DNA of 61,701 bases, counting the filler, from Choristocarpus tenellus KU-1152 (lineage: Eukaryota > Protista > Phaeophyceae): NCBI GenBank assembly GCA_964200185.2. It is 11 parts of 11 records of this genome, joined end to end, with 100 filler letters (N's around TTAATTAATTAA, not from the genome) between each part and the next. Parts side by side here need not be neighbours in the genome. Positions count along the whole stretch, not along the records: positions 54,606 to 61,701 come from CAXNAD020006708.1; 10 more parts are not named here. The stretch is one strand, 5' to 3'. Below, one piece after another: positions 55,273 through 61,701 of the stretch. Position numbers and translations under genes: made by a program. The notes beneath the pieces were generated by a model, which saw only the letters and a program-made list of their open reading frames with translations, did no database searches and was not told the DNA's origin. Position 1 is the first letter of the stretch. Each line of letters starts with the position of its first letter.

Positions 55273-56177
55273 GAACGCATCCTGATAACAGCTATGAGGA
55301 GGTCGAAAGGGCAATCATCTCCTTAACTTTCTTCCACTCAGACCAAGATGAGCACAATGGGGTATTGGCGATGCGCAGCACCGTGAGGGATGGCAATGCT
55401 GGAAGTCCACGGGATCAGCTGGAAGCGACCCCGAAGTCAACCAATTAGAAATACTGTTTAGAGATGAACCACAATTGGCAGAGGTGCTTCTCATACTTGG
55501 CTGGCAAGCCACCTGCAAAACACCCACCCGGGATGACCTCTGCCAAAACATTTCCACCACCTCCTGGTGCTCGCAGTAACAACGGAGGTCCATCAAGGAA
55601 TAGGGTCAATAGGAACCGAGCGCACTCCTTCTCCATCTTCAAGGAGATAGCAGACAAGGAGGTTATCGAAAGTGTTGTGCTCGACTCCTCCAGTGGAAGG
55701 GAAGTCGAGATGTTGTTGTGTGACTCCCGAGCAAACGTCCATCTTACACCTGATCGTGAAGATCTGGTAAGCACTCGGGATACCAAAGGGACATTTACCT
55801 TCAGTAACAATGAAAACTCGAGTCGAAAGAAACTGGAGATTTGGTGCAACGGACAAGGAGGGTAAGCCAACAAAAGTAGTTCCGGGGATGTTATATGCCG
55901 CATATTGAGTATTGGAACATTACGACGTTGAGGAGGAGAATTTATGGATTCGGGAACAAAAGAAAGTTATCTAAAGACCTCCAAGGATTCGCCAAAGTGT
56001 CACAACCAATCACAGTGGAGATTGATCGGCATGCCGCTCTGAGCCTGTCAACGTATGCCCACCATAACTCAGCCCCATCTCTCACTTCCTTTCTGAACCT
56101 CATCTCTGGTGGTTCTCATAACCCCACATCACACAGAACCAGGCCCCACAACACGATTGAAGATCTTCGAAAGTCTA

Positions 56178-56426
56178 GACCCAAAGCATTTAAGAAGGTA
56201 GAAGTTTTACCCTGTTTGTCCGTTTGGAGCTTGGGTTTATTATGCCCTTTTTCGGTTTTCTGTGTGAATAAAATTACGAAAAATGTATGACTATTATAAG
56301 GTGTGTTTGGAGCAAGGATATTGACACTTGCTAACAAACACAATACCCAAAACTAATCAAAATCGCAACATTGGATTTATGACCCCACACGGACGAGGTC
56401 ATACTCTCAAATAAATTCTCTGAGTT
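56178..56426. mobile_element. Diverged MITE: family-A body with B-like terminus, inside copia pol
   Basis: Starts GACCCAAAGCATT; contains AAGGATATTGACACTT.CTAACAAACAC...ATCAAAATCGCAACATTGGATTT. Confidence 0.75.
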
Positions 56427-57059
56427 AAGTAATAAATAAGGAACAATAATTGAGAGAGCCAGCGCAGCACACGCCAAAAAAAAGCAGAAATTGACACTGA
56501 AGGACTGGTACACAACATATTGGGGCATATCAACCCATCAGTTATCAAGTACCTCAATAAGCGTGCACTGTTGGAGATCGCTGACACTACTGTGGCGTCG
56601 GAACTGTGACGCAAACTATGCAACGAATGTAAATCAGAGACTCTCAGCTATCAACGGGGTGGCAGCACCCCCAAGCAGCCCAGCGAGGTTGTACACACGG
56701 ATTTGACGGGACCCTTCGAACCAGACATCAATGGTCACAAGTACTTCCAGGTGCTCATTGACAAGAGCAGTCAAGACAAGTGGGTTTACAGCTTGAAGAG
56801 GTCAAAGATGCAGCGACGGACGCAACTGTTGCCCATATTGACCAGATGGCTAGGGAAGGCGTACCAGTTATGCATCAGCCTGGATGGTGCTGGTGAGCTC
56901 TGGAGATCGGTGAAATTTCAAAGGATGCTGGCAAACAACGGTACCAGATGGAGGAATTCACTACCAAGAACTCCACAGAACAACGGATCGCAGAGAGGGC
57001 GATAAAACAGCTAATGGGGGCAGTGAGGAGTCAGCTGGTTAAAGCTGAATTCACATCAC

Positions 57060-57298
57060 ATCATTCTGGATTGAGCAACCAAGAATACTGAACTCACATC
57101 GCATCATTCTTGACTGAGAGATCAATGACCTCCGTTACAACAGCATAAGCACATCGGTGCTTTGCAGCACAATCACATATATCCCTAACATATACTACAC
57201 ACATCACTTACCGGTGCTTTGCAACACTATGATTCCCCATCGCTTGTAGCCTACGCATTTTGCTTACACGTACGATGCATTTGATTTAGGTTTCAACA
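57060..57298 (+). repeat. Probable LTR remnant
   Basis: Ends ...GGTTTCAACA; the last ~70 bp are shared with 25274-25342; internal repeat CGGTGCTTTGCA x2. Left boundary uncertain. Confidence 0.5.
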
Positions 57299-58925
57299 AT
57301 CAGCTGCGTAGCGCCTGTTCCTTTCCCCCACCAGGAGTAGATGTCTCCTTGCAAGTCTCCCCTCGTATATCTTACGAGCGTGCTCTGCTCTCGAGTGTCA
57401 CAAAGAAGGTGCTCTAGGTCCTTCTACACATGCGCGATCCGTCTCACAATCGTGGAGAAGAACCACAGTTTGACTTGGCTTTTCGCTCGAGTATCATCCG
57501 ATAATGATTATCACGTCCGCCTTCAACTTTCGACTATGATGGAAATATTGGAGTCTATATTTGTTATCTCACTCAACATGTCTGGTTCTTCATCAAATGA
57601 CTGTATACATCCAACTCCAGGGATATGCAATACACCTCCATCAGCAAGCATTATTCAACAAAAAACAGATTTTTCAGGGTTTCAATACCATCAATTGCCG
57701 TTTCGTGTATATTGGTACAAGATAATCTACCATTTCCCTCCATGACGCTACCTTGTTTTTGCTACCAATTTTGAATGATTCATTATCTGTATCCTTTGAC
57801 GAACCAGACAGACCAAGACAAACTGTAACCGAGAGGACGAGGTTCAGGTTGGAAAAGTGCGAGACTGCAAGGAATTGCAGGAAAAAGTGGGGACCTGAAG
57901 AAGTGAGGAGGATCACGGTTCTGATGGGTTTCACAAAAGAAACCCTTTGGAGATGGGAGATGCGCCTTCGGAAAAATGCACTCATAGTGGGACGTTATGT
58001 ACAGGAAGACACGGAAATCTATCCCTCTGAAGATCCTCCTCCACGCAGCTGAACCAAAGTTCTCAAAAAATAACCAATCGGTATGACGGTATATGGCATA
58101 CGGCAACAAGGGTATAACAATAGACAAACCTGGTTCTACAGAGGGCATAATAAAATAATATTACACTGGGGAACAGCACATCAGTGTGATGTACTGCATT
58201 ATGTTGTGAAAGCAATACAAGCGTACTGCTTAACGGCATGTTTTCGACACTTCACAACGTTTTACCTGCAAGTATCATTGTATCCTCTCACATTTTGCAG
58301 ATTTGTCAAGGGAAAAGCCAAACCAATATCACAAGGACCCCCGTAAAAGTAGCAGTCGTCGAAAATCTGAAAGATATCTCTCTAAAATCTATTTACTCTA
58401 ACTCTATATGTTATCCTTAGCTCCAACCTTTTAGAGGTGCGTCAGAGCAAAACCGATTCTACATCGCAAGGACTGCTCTCAAAGTAACAGTTGGTACTCG
58501 CTTTAAAGCAAAATATGCCTCTCTCTGGAAACTATTCCTACCTGATCACTAAGGATACAATATTCCTCCCCTAAATAAGGTTGGTATCTACAAAGAAATG
58601 TGTACACAGCTATGCTTCTAACCTAGTTTACGTCTAGGAAAGCGAGCGAGGACCAAGAGAAGCACCCTCAAGAATCCGAAAGGCCCATTCTAGCCCATCT
58701 GCCCGGTGTCTCCAACTTGAAACGCACGGCGTACATTGAGAGAACCATCTGTGCAGTGACAGACAAAATCTATCTCAAGGGGGTCTCGACACAGTCCCTT
58801 TTCTACAGTATCCTCACGGCCCTCTCCCACCTACTGCATGAGTGGCTAACTTATCTAAGGAACGTTCTGCTTCCATTATTGAAGGCGCCCAAAACTTTCC
58901 TCTGGGAGGTGTTGAAATGAATACC

Positions 58926-59040
58926 GAGCCCAAGTAAATGAGAGGTATCCGGGTTTCGACCATTTAGCATCTTACGCCGGTTGATTTATCTTTGGCAATT
59001 AATTCACCCAGATTTCAATCGATGAAATGCTAACTGTCAC
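58926..59040. mobile_element. MITE family C, partial
   Basis: GAGCCCAAGTAAATGAGAGGTATCCGGGT...TGCTAACT aligns to 59837-59945. Confidence 0.7.
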
Positions 59041-59836
59041 ATTTCAGAAATACTCTGTATGCACTTGTAAGAATAGTCGAATTTTGCACATAATACTGGT
59101 ACAATAAGAAAAGAAAAAAAATTCCACACAATATGGCATCGAACGAATTCACAACTCCGACACAAATCAAATCCGATTTCCGGCGTTCAAATCAATGTCC
59201 GACAAAACAGTGACTCTTCCTATCGTAAATGATTTGAATAATGCATTCTGGGAAATATCGTCACAAATCAAAGGTTTGAAGTTGACTCCTTCATTTGTGG
59301 ATCCCAATCGTTTGTGCCTGTGTCATATTTGTGAGAGTATGGGAATGAATCTCAAAAAACAACCTTGTGACATGTTGACGAATGAACAGACCGTGATTTG
59401 TACACCGTGCGCACAAGCACAAATCACTGTGGAGGGATTCGGCTCAGAGCATTATTCGCACTGCGAAACCATTTTGCATGTGCTGAACAGATGGGGGAGT
59501 GGTAACGGACAAATATTTGAAGAGTTTCGTAGATGGAGGACTGGTGCGACAGATATTTGTACATGTTCTTCTTGCATGGGGAGTGGTCGCGAAAGATAAT
59601 TTTGTACACGTTCGCACCAGAGTCACTGAAGATGCATCAACAAATCGTATCAATAACTTGCGAGGTAAAGAGTCACCTCCAACATGTATCGAACCTGGGG
59701 ACACAACCCACTTGAGAATTCGCATCACATAGTACGCTATCGAGGTTTCCACAACGTCCTTGGGAAGGCAAGGATAATATTATTTGAAAACAACTGAAAA
59801 CTAATATCGTAGAGCAAGGAACCAAGTACTACTACT

Positions 59837-60012
59837 AAGCCAAAGTAAACGAGAGGTATCCAGGTCTTGATCGTTTACATTTAAAGACGTTTTTTTAATC
59901 TTTCGTATTTCACCCCCGTTTCTATGGACGAGTTGCTAACTTTGACTCGAGACTGTTGACTTGTCAGTATCCTTGAAATGCAACTCTAAGTACCTCTCGT
60001 TTACTTTGACTC
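59837..60012. mobile_element. MITE family C, full short copy
   Basis: TIRs AAGCCAAAGTAAACGAGAGGTA ... TACCTCTCGTTTACTTTGACTC. Confidence 0.85.
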
Positions 60013-61701
60013 AATATTTATATTACTAATTGCACCGGCCCATCCATGCGTGCCTAGCATTTTTTCTCGTGCATTAGGGTTAAGTCCTCCAGCCAATCGT
60101 CACCTTTGCCTCCTCCCTCTAATCTCGTGCATAACCCTCACCTGGTCACAAAAGAAGCCTTAGCATCACGGTTCAGGTTTTCCAGATTTTCTTTTTGTTC
60201 GAGCGACGGACAGGAAGGAGGGTAGAGATGTACCACTCGCTTTTCCTTACCACCCCATGAAGCAAAATAAAATTAACTGAAAGGGGGGAACATGACCTCA
60301 ACCGGGTTTGATCCCGGGCACATACATTTCTTGGACAAACAGAAGTAATTTGGTAGAGTAGCGATAGTCGTAACAATGAGGTGGAACTGGGACTAAAACG
60401 AGTAGACTCCAAGTTTATCCAGTAATCTAAGTATTTTATCGTGAGAATTCGCAGGGGAGTGGTGTAGCATAGCTCGTAGTCAAATAGTAAATAGATGATA
60501 GAAACGTATCTTTCACAATTAGGACAACTGTTACGTTTACAGGAGTTAGTTCTTCTGATATTGAATTGTCTTTTATGCGTGCACATCTGGAGAATGTCAG
60601 AGAGCACAATGATATATAGAATGACCTGCATAAATCCAAACTCCTACGTGTGTGTGAAGAGGCCGAGTAGATTGCTGAAAATGGTCAATCAATTTTCCCT
60701 ACTATTTCACAACCACCACGACTTCTAAATCAAGAACCCCTCGTCCCAATAGCAGCTGTGAGTTTTCAGAGGAGAATCATTATGCCCTCCCTTTGTGTGC
60801 GAAATAAAATGGAAAATCCAGATGTGGACTCCCGTTTTTTCCATTTGGTTTGTCAAGCACCCTGGTGACCGACTTAGGGGTTTCCGAGATTACATCCCAA
60901 ATATATAAGGCAAAGATTAAAAAAGAACCCGTTGTAGACAACACACCAGACTCAAGCTTCGGGCAAAAGCCTGAGCGCCCATCAGAGCTCACTCCTGCCG
61001 AATTGTGTAAGTGTTACGGGCGATCAGCGCGAACAGTATGCATACTTAAGAAGTCACACAAGAGGAACTTTGAATTGATAGACGATGCAGAGTAAGATTC
61101 GAAATGCATACATAACCTCCCGGAATAGACGTCAATTCCTGGGAGTTACAGAAAATATTGTAATTTGAGTACGTATAAAACAGCTTGCAGATATCTTGTA
61201 ACTTCAATAGTCTGTAGAAATCAGGTGGATCATGCTAATGTAAGAGTGGTTTCGAGAGCCACTCAATGCACCTCTTTCACTCTTTTATCTCGATTGAAAC
61301 AATATGTCAAGCATTGAGCTAAGCACTGATTGAAGCATCGAGGGAAAAGAGTGGCTCACACGGCAAGTGACTGTCAACTGTGGAAATACCCCCATAACGT
61401 CGTTTTAAGGTCGTTGGATTAGAGTTGCACATCCTGTGGAGGTGAGTTCTGGAGCGCGTTGCAACATAGCATCTGGGACATAAATGCTTGAGAATTGGTC
61501 ATGCACTGACACCGAACTTACCCTACATGAACTAAAACGGACTTCAGAAGCCCATCTAAACACTTTAGTGGTAGTTGGAGGACTTGGGAGTGACAGAAAA
61601 TACTCTTTGCATCGAACCCACACTTACTCTGCAGTAAACAGCGGATCATGATAATGGTGGATGGATCATTTCATGGAGGATAGGTTTGACCGAAATGGTG
61701 C

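Larger units (their letters stand above)
54650..57050 (+). mobile_element. Degenerate Ty1/copia element (gag, protease, integrase) carrying two MITE insertions
   Basis: Gag WTGATEWSLETWSTWRLSLISHAG; decayed protease CDSRANVHLT; LTLKDW..ILGHIN; integrase TDLTGPFEPDINGHKYFQVLID...RTPQNNG.AERAIKQLMGAVRSQL. Same family as 17520-18599. Confidence 0.9.

Overview
This is eukaryotic nuclear DNA, most likely from a photosynthetic stramenopile such as a brown alga. The evidence is GT-AG introns and signal peptides ending in an 'AF' motif on a ferredoxin and on DNA gyrase B. The window is not contiguous. It is 11 short contigs joined by ten artificial 100-bp linkers (N44-TTAATTAATTAA-N44), so adjacency across linkers has no biological meaning. 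Host genes, all on the - strand: a 2Fe-2S ferredoxin with a long N-terminal extension (partial), an MFS transporter (MFSD4/FucP-like, 4 exons), two 3' exons of a malic enzyme, the 5' part of an organelle-targeted gyrB, a large multi-C2/GAF-like/IQ protein (partial), and the 3' end of an unknown gene. Most of the rest is transposon debris: Ty1/copia gag/pol fragments, 3' ends of a CRE/RLE-type non-LTR retrotransposon, and a TA-inserted CAGT-ended element. There is also a very dense set of three related MITE families sharing a CAAAGTA-type terminal core (about 25 full or partial copies, 3- or 4-bp TSDs). I found no CRISPR array, rRNA or tRNA. I cannot demonstrate a new multi-gene system. The best leads are the MITE group, the extended ferredoxin, the C2-GAF-IQ protein and an unclassified element shared between contigs 1 and 11.
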